40,618 nt of DNA. Origin: a virus. Lineage: Duplodnaviria > Caudoviricetes. Location: positions 1 through 40,618 of the IMG/VR virus record IMGVR_UViG_3300028586_000009; one strand, written 5' to 3'. The translations under genes and the position numbers were made by a program. Of the stretch, positions 33,803-40,618 are shown one piece after another (the stretch's first letter is position 1; every line of letters starts with the position of its first letter). Under the pieces are notes generated by a model. The model saw only the letters and a list, made by a program, of their open reading frames with translations, searched no databases and had not been told where the DNA came from.

Positions 33803-35472
33803 TGGCAGGCAACCAGTACGAAATCACCGCCAAGGATGGCAGCAAGTACCAGATTAATGCCAACGATGATGCAGAGGCACAGCGCCTTGAAACGTACATC
33901 AACGGGCAGATCGACGCGGGGCAGAAAGACCCTACGCAGTGGAAACCTGAGAATGCGGAAGTCCTGCCCGCACAGATAGACCCCAACGCACGTCCTGTAT
34001 CCGAGGTTCAAGGCTTCACCGAAGGCGTCACCGACGTTCTGAACAACGCGGCGGGCTATGTTGAAACCGGGCTGGACAAGGTGGGTGGCGTTCTTGGCCT
34101 TGGTGATCTGGGGCAGAAGCTGAACAGCTTCGGTCCGTCGATTGGCCTCGCTGGTTCTGTTGCCGATGCCGAGAAGGCGCAGGACGCACAGCTTGCCGCC
34201 AGTCCTAACCAGAGTGGACAGGCGGGTTATTTCGCGGGTCAGGTAGCAGGCACGCTGCCGCTGTCGGCGCTCCCTGGTGGCGTGCTGGCGCAGGGTGCAG
34301 CCGGTGGGGCACTGTTGTCCGAGTCCGACACCGCACGCGGTATTGCTGGAGATGCTCTGTTAGGTGCGGTCGGCGGCAAGGTTGGGCAGGCTGCGTTTAG
34401 TGGCGCTGCTAAGTTGGCTGCTCCCGTGCTGTCTGATACGATGCAGACGCTTGTAAGGGCTGGGGCGCGCGCAACGCCGGGTCAGTTAGCTCGCAGTGGC
34501 ACTGGTCTAGGCAACCGGATCATGGCGGCGGCGGAAGACCGCGCTTCCAGCCTGCCCGGCGTTGGCGACATGATCACCGCCGACCGCGTAGCAGCTAATC
34601 AGTCTTTCAATGCCGCCGCGATCAATCGCGCGCTTGAACCTATCGGCGCTAAGCTCCCCGATGGTGTGCAGGCAGGAAGGCGCGCTATTCGCTTTGCAGG
34701 CGATACCCTATCGGCCAAATATGACGAATTGTTGCCGGGTCTGCGCGCTACTGGTGACGATCAGTTCGCCAGTGAACTAGCGTCTATCCATGATGAAGCC
34801 GCTTCCATGCTGCCAGAGCGCACACGCCAGTTCGACAATATCCTGCGCGGGCTGGACCGTTATTGGCAAGATGGCGTCAATCTGGATGGCGCGGCGCTGA
34901 AGGCCATTGAAACCCGCATTGGCGAGAAGTCGCGACGCTTTGCCAAGAGCCAGGACGCAGACCAGCAGGAACTTGGTGATGCTTTAGAATCGGTACTGTC
35001 CGCAGTTCGCGAGTTGGCGGCGCGTCAGAACCCAGACAAGGCCGTCGAACTTCGTGCTGTCAATCAGGGTTGGGCAAGCCTCACCCAGGTTGAGCGCGCA
35101 GGGCTGACCACTAGGGGCGAGTTCGGACCGGGTGGATACTCGCAGGCCGTTCGACGTAGCAGCGCCACCACACGTAGCCGGGGCTATGCCCGTGGCGAAG
35201 CTCTTAACCAAGATTTATCGGATGCCGCCAGCGAGGTTTTGCCATCTGAGATTCCAGATAGCGGTACCTCGGGTCGGTGGGCGCAGTCAAACCTATTGGG
35301 CCTAGCTGCTGGCGCTCTTGGCTCCATCCCCTATGCAGCAGCACGGGGCGTTGGCAGCGCCATGCAACGTCAGTCTAATATATCACCCGAACTGGCGCGG
35401 CTGCTTCAGTATGGCGCGCAGGGTGCGCCCGTAGCAGCGCCCGCTCTGATACAAAACTTGCGCAGCCAATGA
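33802..35472 (+). CDS. Ejection/internal virion protein
   Basis: Ala/Gly-rich; ATPGQ and PDSGT motifs; third of the trio. Confidence 0.7.
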   Translation: MAGNQYEITAKDGSKYQINANDDAEAQRLETYINGQIDAGQKDPTQWKPENAEVLPAQIDPNARPVSEVQGFTEGVTDVLNNAAGYVETGLDKVGGVLGLGDLGQKLNSFGPSIGLAGSVADAEKAQDAQLAASPNQSGQAGYFAGQVAGTLPLSALPGGVLAQGAAGGALLSESDTARGIAGDALLGAVGGKVGQAAFSGAAKLAAPVLSDTMQTLVRAGARATPGQLARSGTGLGNRIMAAAEDRASSLPGVGDMITADRVAANQSFNAAAINRALEPIGAKLPDGVQAGRRAIRFAGDTLSAKYDELLPGLRATGDDQFASELASIHDEAASMLPERTRQFDNILRGLDRYWQDGVNLDGAALKAIETRIGEKSRRFAKSQDADQQELGDALESVLSAVRELAARQNPDKAVELRAVNQGWASLTQVERAGLTTRGEFGPGGYSQAVRRSSATTRSRGYARGEALNQDLSDAASEVLPSEIPDSGTSGRWAQSNLLGLAAGALGSIPYAAARGVGSAMQRQSNISPELARLLQYGAQGAPVAAPALIQNLRSQ

Positions 35473-35559
35473 TCGAATGCGCGCCCGGTTCGCCTGCCAA
35501 ATCACAACTAAAGCGGCGTTAGTTCCGGTGACGAGCATTATAGACGTTTTATCAGCCAT
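35383..35559 (-). CDS. Antisense leaderless 58-aa hydrophobic/basic protein; not in ORF track
   Basis: Promoter TTGCTG-17-(TGG)TACCAT then ATG; MADKTSIMLVTGTNAALVVIWQANRARIRSLAAQVLYQSGRCYGRTLRAILKQPRQFG. Confidence 0.5.
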   Translation of the reverse strand: MADKTSIMLVTGTNAALVVIWQANRARIRSLAAQVLYQSGRCYGRTLRAILKQPRQFG

Positions 35560-35594
35560 GGGCTATGGTACCATGATACCCGAGGAACAGCAAA

Positions 35595-37601
35595 ATGTTT
35601 GGTAACAATCCGACACTCCGGTTCCCTGGGAACCTCATGCAAGTCCGTAGCATCACGGAGCTTCGCGGCATATCTCCCTATGAGATGAACGACGAGGCTG
35701 CTATTCTGGTGACAGCGGCTGGCCTGTTTACCTTCGACCCTAGTTCTATGGCGAATGATGATGGTGTGTCTGTCGTTCGTCCAGATGGCTTTACCCCGCT
35801 TCAGTCGGGGCGTTGGGTTTTGCCGGGATCGGCAGACAAGGACAACACGTTTACCACGCTGACAAGCCTCCAGGCTGCATCACCAACGCTCAAGGTCGCA
35901 ACACTGGTTGGTGATCCGACTGAAGCCGATGGCACTTTCTTCTACCGTAACGGCGCGTGGGTTCGTCAGGGCGCTAACAGCTTTGCGTTCCAGCAGACCG
36001 GCAGCGCTACGATCCGCAACATTGAAACCAAGCTGCGGGAAGTAGAGAAGTCAGTCACTGACTACGGCACCGGCACCGACTGGGGCGTTCTAGTAGACGC
36101 CGCCGTTGCATCGTTGGGAATGACGAGCGCGGTTCGGCTTGTTACCCCTCCAGGCGTATGGACCACGAGCGGGCGTGATTATTCGGCCTATCGAAACATC
36201 ACGTTCGTCATCCACGCTGGTGGTCAGATCGACAATGGTTCGTCGGCGATCGTCCTTCCCGAGCGGGTAGAGGTTGGCCTGGGTGCTGGCTTCACTGGCG
36301 CGGGGCTGGTCACTCAGAAGAACAAGGATGAGTCACCGCTTGCGGAACCGGGCGGTGGCCATGTTCGCGCGGGTAACGTCGCCTCGGGTGTTGGTGCGCT
36401 GGCAAAGAACGCAGGCGGTTACAGCAACTTCGCGATGGGCAACAACGCCCTTGCCCTGTCTCAGTATGGCCGGGGTAACATTGCGCTTGGCAATGCGGTT
36501 TTGTCCAAGATTGTAGGCGATCAGACCGGCGCACGGGCGACCATCTCGTCCGGCGAGATTATCAGCTACAACGCGCGAGGGGATGCCAACCTTGGAATAG
36601 GCAATACGGCTCTGCGTGATTGCACCACGGGTGTTGAGAATCTGGCACTAGGTGACGCCACGATGCAGCAGCTTACGACGGGGCTGTGCAATATTGCGGT
36701 GGGCGCGAATAGTCAGATTACTAATCTGACCGGCAATTTCAACGTGTCGCTTGGTGCCTATGCGCTCGTCGTCAACCAGGGCAGCAACAACATTGCGATC
36801 GGTTGGGCTGCGCTTGAGGGTCAGACTAGCGGCTCCAACATCGCGATCGGCCATGCCGTGATGAACGGCAACAAGACCGGCACTAGTAACGTCGTTATCG
36901 GTCCGCTTGGTATGCAGGCAGCACAGGCTCCCACAGATTCGGTTGTCGTGGGGCAGGAGGCAGCAAAGAACCTCGCTGGGGCTATGGGCGTCACCGCTGT
37001 TGGCGCTTTTGCGGTCGGTTCTTCGTCGGCTACACTTGTCAACACCACTGCAATAGGTCGAAATGCGTTGCTGGTCATCGCTACCGACGAATGCACGGGC
37101 GTTGGAGCGGCAGCGTTGTCGGCAAATACCGAGTTCGGCAATTGTGCGGGCTTTGGCGTCAATGCACAGGTTACCGGGCCGAATCAGGTACAGCTTGGCG
37201 ATGCGCGGACCACGACATACGCTTACGGCTCCGTCCAGAACCGTTCCGACATCCGCGACAAAGCCGACATCCGCGATACCGTGCTCGGGCTCGACTTCAT
37301 CATGGCACTGCGCCCGGTAGACTTCCGCTGGAACATGCGGGACTATTACCGCGACGAAGCTGGCAATATGCCAACCACCGTTCCTGACCAGTCGAAAAAG
37401 CGGACGCGGTATCATCACGGCCTGATTGCGCAGGAAGTCCGTGATGTGATCGAGGGCAGCGGCACTGACTTTGGCGGCTTCCAGGATCACAAGATTCTGG
37501 GAGGCGAGGACGTTCTGTCTCTTGGCTACGAAGAGTTGATTGCGCCTCTCATCAAGGCTGTGCAGCAGCTCACCGCTCGCGTTGCCGAACTAGAGTCCTA
37601 A
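35595..37601 (+). CDS. Tail fibre/spike with beta-roll repeats and C-terminal intramolecular chaperone (peptidase S74)
   Basis: NxAxG..AL repeats; SDIRDKADI, LRPVDFRW, HGLIAQEV, YEELIAPLIKAVQQL. Confidence 0.9.
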   Translation: MFGNNPTLRFPGNLMQVRSITELRGISPYEMNDEAAILVTAAGLFTFDPSSMANDDGVSVVRPDGFTPLQSGRWVLPGSADKDNTFTTLTSLQAASPTLKVATLVGDPTEADGTFFYRNGAWVRQGANSFAFQQTGSATIRNIETKLREVEKSVTDYGTGTDWGVLVDAAVASLGMTSAVRLVTPPGVWTTSGRDYSAYRNITFVIHAGGQIDNGSSAIVLPERVEVGLGAGFTGAGLVTQKNKDESPLAEPGGGHVRAGNVASGVGALAKNAGGYSNFAMGNNALALSQYGRGNIALGNAVLSKIVGDQTGARATISSGEIISYNARGDANLGIGNTALRDCTTGVENLALGDATMQQLTTGLCNIAVGANSQITNLTGNFNVSLGAYALVVNQGSNNIAIGWAALEGQTSGSNIAIGHAVMNGNKTGTSNVVIGPLGMQAAQAPTDSVVVGQEAAKNLAGAMGVTAVGAFAVGSSSATLVNTTAIGRNALLVIATDECTGVGAAALSANTEFGNCAGFGVNAQVTGPNQVQLGDARTTTYAYGSVQNRSDIRDKADIRDTVLGLDFIMALRPVDFRWNMRDYYRDEAGNMPTTVPDQSKKRTRYHHGLIAQEVRDVIEGSGTDFGGFQDHKILGGEDVLSLGYEELIAPLIKAVQQLTARVAELES

Positions 37602-37649
37602 CCATATGCGAGCTGGCGCTATCCGGCAGATTTTTATAGGAGTTGTAAC

Positions 37650-37754
37650 ATGACCGATAAACCGAAGAAGCCGAAACCGCCTATCAAGCCTAATAGTGAG
37701 TCTGCATCGACGCAGCGTAGTGGCGGTCACGGTCCGACTGTGCCGCCGAAGTAA
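37650..37754 (+). CDS. 34-aa Pro/Lys-rich peptide; not in ORF track
   Basis: RBS TAGGAG; MTDKPKKPKPPIKPNSESASTQRSGGHGPTVPPK; TAATG coupling to the next gene. Confidence 0.65.
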   Translation: MTDKPKKPKPPIKPNSESASTQRSGGHGPTVPPK

Positions 37755-38263
37755 TGTCGTGTGAGGCGCTGATCTATTTTGGGCTATGCTTAGCGGCGGT
37801 AATGTTTTCCATTCATGCCCCGGTAGGCCAGCGCCTTGCTGCATTCGTTCTTGCAGCGGGAATCGCGCTTAACTGGTGCTTCGTAGAGTGGACCTATTCC
37901 GCTTCGTCTCCACAAGCATGGCTAAGGGCACAGGGGATACCTACATCGGCTGTAGACTTGTGGACGATTGCGGATCTATCCGTTGGCGTCCTGGCCATAT
38001 TCACGGGGCGTCTTCGCTGGTGGGGCTGGGTTGTCTATATGCTTTGCATGACACAGGTTTTTGCGCATTCGTTCAGGGGCCAATTGTCTGACGAAAATTA
38101 CACCTTTTGGTTGGACAAAATGCTATTAGCGCAAGTGGCGGTGTTTTTCCTGCTAGGAGGTAAAGGTGTTTCAGATCGGATGTGTAGTCTGCTTGGCCTT
38201 CATCGGCTGGAGCGCTCTACCTCACAAGCATTGGGAAAAACTGGCAAGGTGGCTAGGCCGTGA
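37754..38263 (+). CDS. Multi-pass membrane protein (~5 TM)
   Basis: Hydrophobic helices with embedded polar residues D, Q..H, Y, Q. Confidence 0.75.
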   Translation: MSCEALIYFGLCLAAVMFSIHAPVGQRLAAFVLAAGIALNWCFVEWTYSASSPQAWLRAQGIPTSAVDLWTIADLSVGVLAIFTGRLRWWGWVVYMLCMTQVFAHSFRGQLSDENYTFWLDKMLLAQVAVFFLLGGKGVSDRMCSLLGLHRLERSTSQALGKTGKVARP

Positions 38264-38571
38264 TGGATGAAAATGATCGTCGCATCATCCTTGTTGCTAT
38301 GGCCGCTATAGGCGGTGCTATTGTGTCAGTCTGGTCCCTGCCATGGAAAGCGATGCATTGGCGAGAGATTGCCTTTGCTCTAGTCGTCGGCACGTTCTTT
38401 GGTGTCTTTGGCGTTCCTCTGGTGGTGGCTGATATGTTTCACGTCGATATCACTCCTATACGCGTTGCTTGCGGCACGACGTTCTTTGGCTCGGCATTCG
38501 GCATTGGTCTTATCCCGCTAATCCGAAAGAAGATCATCCTTATGCTTGGCCTGAAGGGAGAGCCGGAATGA
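38260..38571 (+). CDS. Holin-like 3-TM protein
   Basis: Three hydrophobic segments and a basic C-terminus; upstream of the endolysin. Confidence 0.6.
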   Translation: MMDENDRRIILVAMAAIGGAIVSVWSLPWKAMHWREIAFALVVGTFFGVFGVPLVVADMFHVDITPIRVACGTTFFGSAFGIGLIPLIRKKIILMLGLKGEPE

Positions 38572-38888
38572 TCTGGGACATTCTCAACTCATTCGGGCGT
38601 CTGCTGCTGACGTGCGTGTCCGTCATCCTCATCACCAAGTATCGCCACATGACGATCGCTGTAGAGCGGGTCGGGTTGGCAATGGCAGGATCAGGCAGCT
38701 TCCTGACGGTGGCGTTGATCTGGGAGCGCGAGGGAAGCCCATTTGAGGGCTGGTCCGTAACACTGCTGACCTACGGCGTCGTGCTGTTCCTGACCGGCGC
38801 TGCGTACCGAAAATGGCGGCATGACCGCGCCAATAACCAGATGGCCGCTATGGCTGGCCGGTGGCATGAAGACAGGAGCCGGGGATGA
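38568..38888 (+). CDS. 3-TM membrane protein of the lysis cassette (start MIWDIL)
   Basis: RBS AGGGAG; ATGA coupling. Confidence 0.65.
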   Translation: MIWDILNSFGRLLLTCVSVILITKYRHMTIAVERVGLAMAGSGSFLTVALIWEREGSPFEGWSVTLLTYGVVLFLTGAAYRKWRHDRANNQMAAMAGRWHEDRSRG

Positions 38889-39457
38889 CGACACGCGCAG
38901 AACTGTTCGATGCAATACGGCCATTCGCTCCTGACCGTCGATTTCTACCTAGCCATGTACAAGTGATTGATGCCTTGGCCGATGCTTTCAAGATCCCGCG
39001 TGGCGCTGCTGGTGCGCGCGTGACTAGTGAAGAGGGCAAGGCGCTCATCAAGGAGTTTGAAGGCGTAGAATTACGCGCCTATCCCGATCCTGCCACTGGC
39101 GGCGATCCCTGGACCGCTGGTGTAGGACATACGGGGCCTGACGTGCGCAAAGGTATGACCGTTACGCAGGCAATGGCTGACGCATGGTTGGCGGCGGATC
39201 TGCGAAAGTTTGAAACCGGCGTTTCTGGTCTGGCACCCGTAACGACGCAGCCGCAGTTTGATGCGATGGTCTCGCTTGCGTTTAACGTAGGGCTTGGAAA
39301 CTTTGGATCGTCCACGCTGCTCCGTAAGCACAATGCTGGAGACTATGCAGGCGCGGCGGACCAATTCGCCGTCTGGAATCGCGCCAATGGCAAAGTCATG
39401 GCTGGCCTGACCCGGCGACGTGCGGCTGAGACTGCTTTGTATAGGAAGTCGGCATGA
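38885..39457 (+). CDS. Endolysin, GH24 lysozyme
   Basis: IKEFEG..LRAYPD....WTAGVGHT, QFDAMVSLAFNVG, GLTRRRAAE. Confidence 0.95.
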   Translation: MTTRAELFDAIRPFAPDRRFLPSHVQVIDALADAFKIPRGAAGARVTSEEGKALIKEFEGVELRAYPDPATGGDPWTAGVGHTGPDVRKGMTVTQAMADAWLAADLRKFETGVSGLAPVTTQPQFDAMVSLAFNVGLGNFGSSTLLRKHNAGDYAGAADQFAVWNRANGKVMAGLTRRRAAETALYRKSA

Positions 39458-39738
39458 TTAACTCGACAAGCATTCCCAACATCCGCATCGTCGTCGGCAT
39501 GTGCCTAGCCGCCATTGCTGGTTACGCTCTGTTCAGCATCTATGTCGTTGTTGTGCTGCGTGATGCCACAATGACCGGCGACACGGTAGGGACGTGGAAG
39601 TCGTTTGCCGTGCTCGCTTTCGGTTTCTGGCTGGGCTCATCGTCGGGCAGTAAGGCCAAGAGTGACCCGGCTACACCAGCGGGCACCCCCTCAGATCCAA
39701 TCGCAGTAACGGAGACAACCAATGAGCCTGTTCGGTAA
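39454..39738 (+). CDS. 2-TM holin-like protein
   Basis: Two TM segments; FGFWLGSSSGSKAK motif. Confidence 0.65.
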   Translation: MINSTSIPNIRIVVGMCLAAIAGYALFSIYVVVVLRDATMTGDTVGTWKSFAVLAFGFWLGSSSGSKAKSDPATPAGTPSDPIAVTETTNEPVR

Positions 39739-39898
39739 ACTAGCTACGATCTTCGCCAAGCGGATCCTGATTCCCGCCGTCGCAAACATTGCCAAAAACC
39801 CCAAAGCACCCCTGACGCTCGATGCGGCCAAGGATGCTCTGGTGGAGGCGGCTAAGAATGAGGCTGTGCGGCAGGTTGGGAAACGGTTGGGGGGTTAA
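39722..39898 (+). CDS. 58-aa amphipathic cationic peptide; not in ORF track
   Basis: RBS GGAG; MSLFGKLATIFAKRILIPAVANIAKNPKAPLTLDAAKDALVEAAKNEAVRQVGKRLGG. Confidence 0.6.
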   Translation: MSLFGKLATIFAKRILIPAVANIAKNPKAPLTLDAAKDALVEAAKNEAVRQVGKRLGG

Positions 39899-40047
39899 TC
39901 GGGCATAGTTTTAGCAGTCATAACACCAACCCATATGCAGGTTGGGATAAGCCACAGCCAACCCCATAACCCAAAGAGACTGACGCTTGCATGTGCGTTC
40001 AATCCACCGACTGCACACCCTATCAGAAAATGTAAAAGCTTCATCAT
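39895..40047 (-). CDS. 50-aa hydrophobic membrane peptide, last gene of the leftward operon
   Basis: RBS AGGGAG; MMKLLHFLIGCAVGGLNAHASVSLFGLWGWLWLIPTCIWVGVMTAKTMPD. Confidence 0.6.
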   Translation of the reverse strand: MMKLLHFLIGCAVGGLNAHASVSLFGLWGWLWLIPTCIWVGVMTAKTMPD

Positions 40048-40081
40048 TCGGCTTCTCCCTCTCGCCCGTATCGAGTTGTTC

Positions 40082-40291
40082 TCAACGCAAACGCCGCCTT
40101 GGCGTCCGGCTGCTCCCCCCCCATATCTCAGCAATCCAGCGGTCTAGATCTCGCTTATACACAGGCATGTCAGGGGACATATCATTGATCCGCGCCACTA
40201 CGGCTTGAAATAGTCCCCGATATGGCGCTTGAAGAGCCTCCGCATGATGATACGTTGGAATATGTGCGCATTGCTCGCAAGGTAGGCTCAC
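40082..40291 (-). CDS. Hypothetical protein, 69 aa
   Basis: GAGGAGG RBS; GTGA overlap with the PEP-CTERM stop. Confidence 0.55.
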   Translation of the reverse strand: MSLPCEQCAHIPTYHHAEALQAPYRGLFQAVVARINDMSPDMPVYKRDLDRWIAEIWGGSSRTPRRRLR

Positions 40292-40618
40292 AGCTTCCTC
40301 CTCCGCATAACACCACCAATACCCCCAAACCCAAAGATCATCAGCGCCCACTTGGAAGGCTCTGGAACGGGGCTGACGGTTACAGGCGTGCCAACTGGTG
40401 GCAAAGCTCCTACGCCGCCTATGTTGCCACCTCCTACGCCGATAAACCCCCCAGACCCACCACCACCCGCAAACCCGCCGCCTCCAGGCACACACTCAGC
40501 GGTTGCGATGGCTGCGGCGGGTGCAATGGGTAGGTCGGTGGCGGGGATGGGCTTACGGGCCTCCGCAACGTACTTACGGACGGGATTAGGATGCACGCGC
40601 TCCACAACCCGGTTGATC
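40288..40618 (-). CDS. PEPxxWA-CTERM protein, C-terminal part
   Basis: Gly-rich linker then VPEPSKWALMIFGFGGIGGVMRRRKL (PEP motif, TM helix, basic tail). Confidence 0.9.
   Translation of the reverse strand, partial: INRVVERVHPNPVRKYVAEARKPIPATDLPIAPAAAIATAECVPGGGGFAGGGGSGGFIGVGGGNIGGVGALPPVGTPVTVSPVPEPSKWALMIFGFGGIGGVMRRRKL
40492..40618. repeat. Terminal direct repeat, copy 2
   Basis: Identical to 1-127. Confidence 0.95.

Noticed and set aside
36648-37490. 280-aa minus-strand ORF
   Set aside because: Shadow of the tail fibre gene.
35595-37601. Diversity-generating retroelement or invertible tail-fibre cassette
   Set aside because: No reverse transcriptase, invertase or template/variable repeat pair was seen.
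37650-37754. Lasso-peptide precursor
   Set aside because: No Asp/Glu at core positions 7-9, and no lasso B/C enzymes in the genome.
40492-40618. 127-bp terminal repeat as a biological DTR
   Set aside because: The length equals a common assembler k-mer and it falls mid-gene, so it is best explained as circular overlap.

Overview
The window is an apparently complete, circularly permuted dsDNA tailed-phage genome of 40,491 bp. Bases 1-127 are repeated exactly at 40492-40618, which looks like an assembler overlap. The virion module is podovirus-like: TerS/TerL, P22-like portal, scaffold, N4-gp56/DUF4043-like capsid, P22 gp4/gp10-like tail parts, three ejection proteins (one with a lytic transglycosylase domain), an SGNH-esterase appendage and an S74-chaperone tail fibre. 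A GapR homologue, a PEPxxWA-CTERM protein and the promoter style suggest an alphaproteobacterial host, probably Sphingomonadaceae (inference). A divergent promoter pair near 4.9 kb drives a leftward early operon of small genes that wraps the origin, and a rightward arm covering recombination, replication, methylation, packaging, structure and lysis. I saw no integrase, CI-type repressor, DNA polymerase, primase or spanin. The most notable features are not in the ORF track. (1) A promoter- and terminator-bounded antisense sRNA (~15448-15534) has two loops, CAUCUC and CUCCCU, complementary to a GGGAG...GAGATG translation-start motif shared by many early genes. (2) A tRNA-like RNA with its own promoter lies between terL and portal. 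(3) Several micro-proteins are present: a secreted Cys-pair peptide, an acidic 36-mer, an Rmf-like protein, a Pro/Lys peptide coupled to a membrane protein, and a disruptin-like peptide. (4) A PEP-CTERM surface protein spans the contig junction. All family calls come from motif recognition by eye, not database searches.
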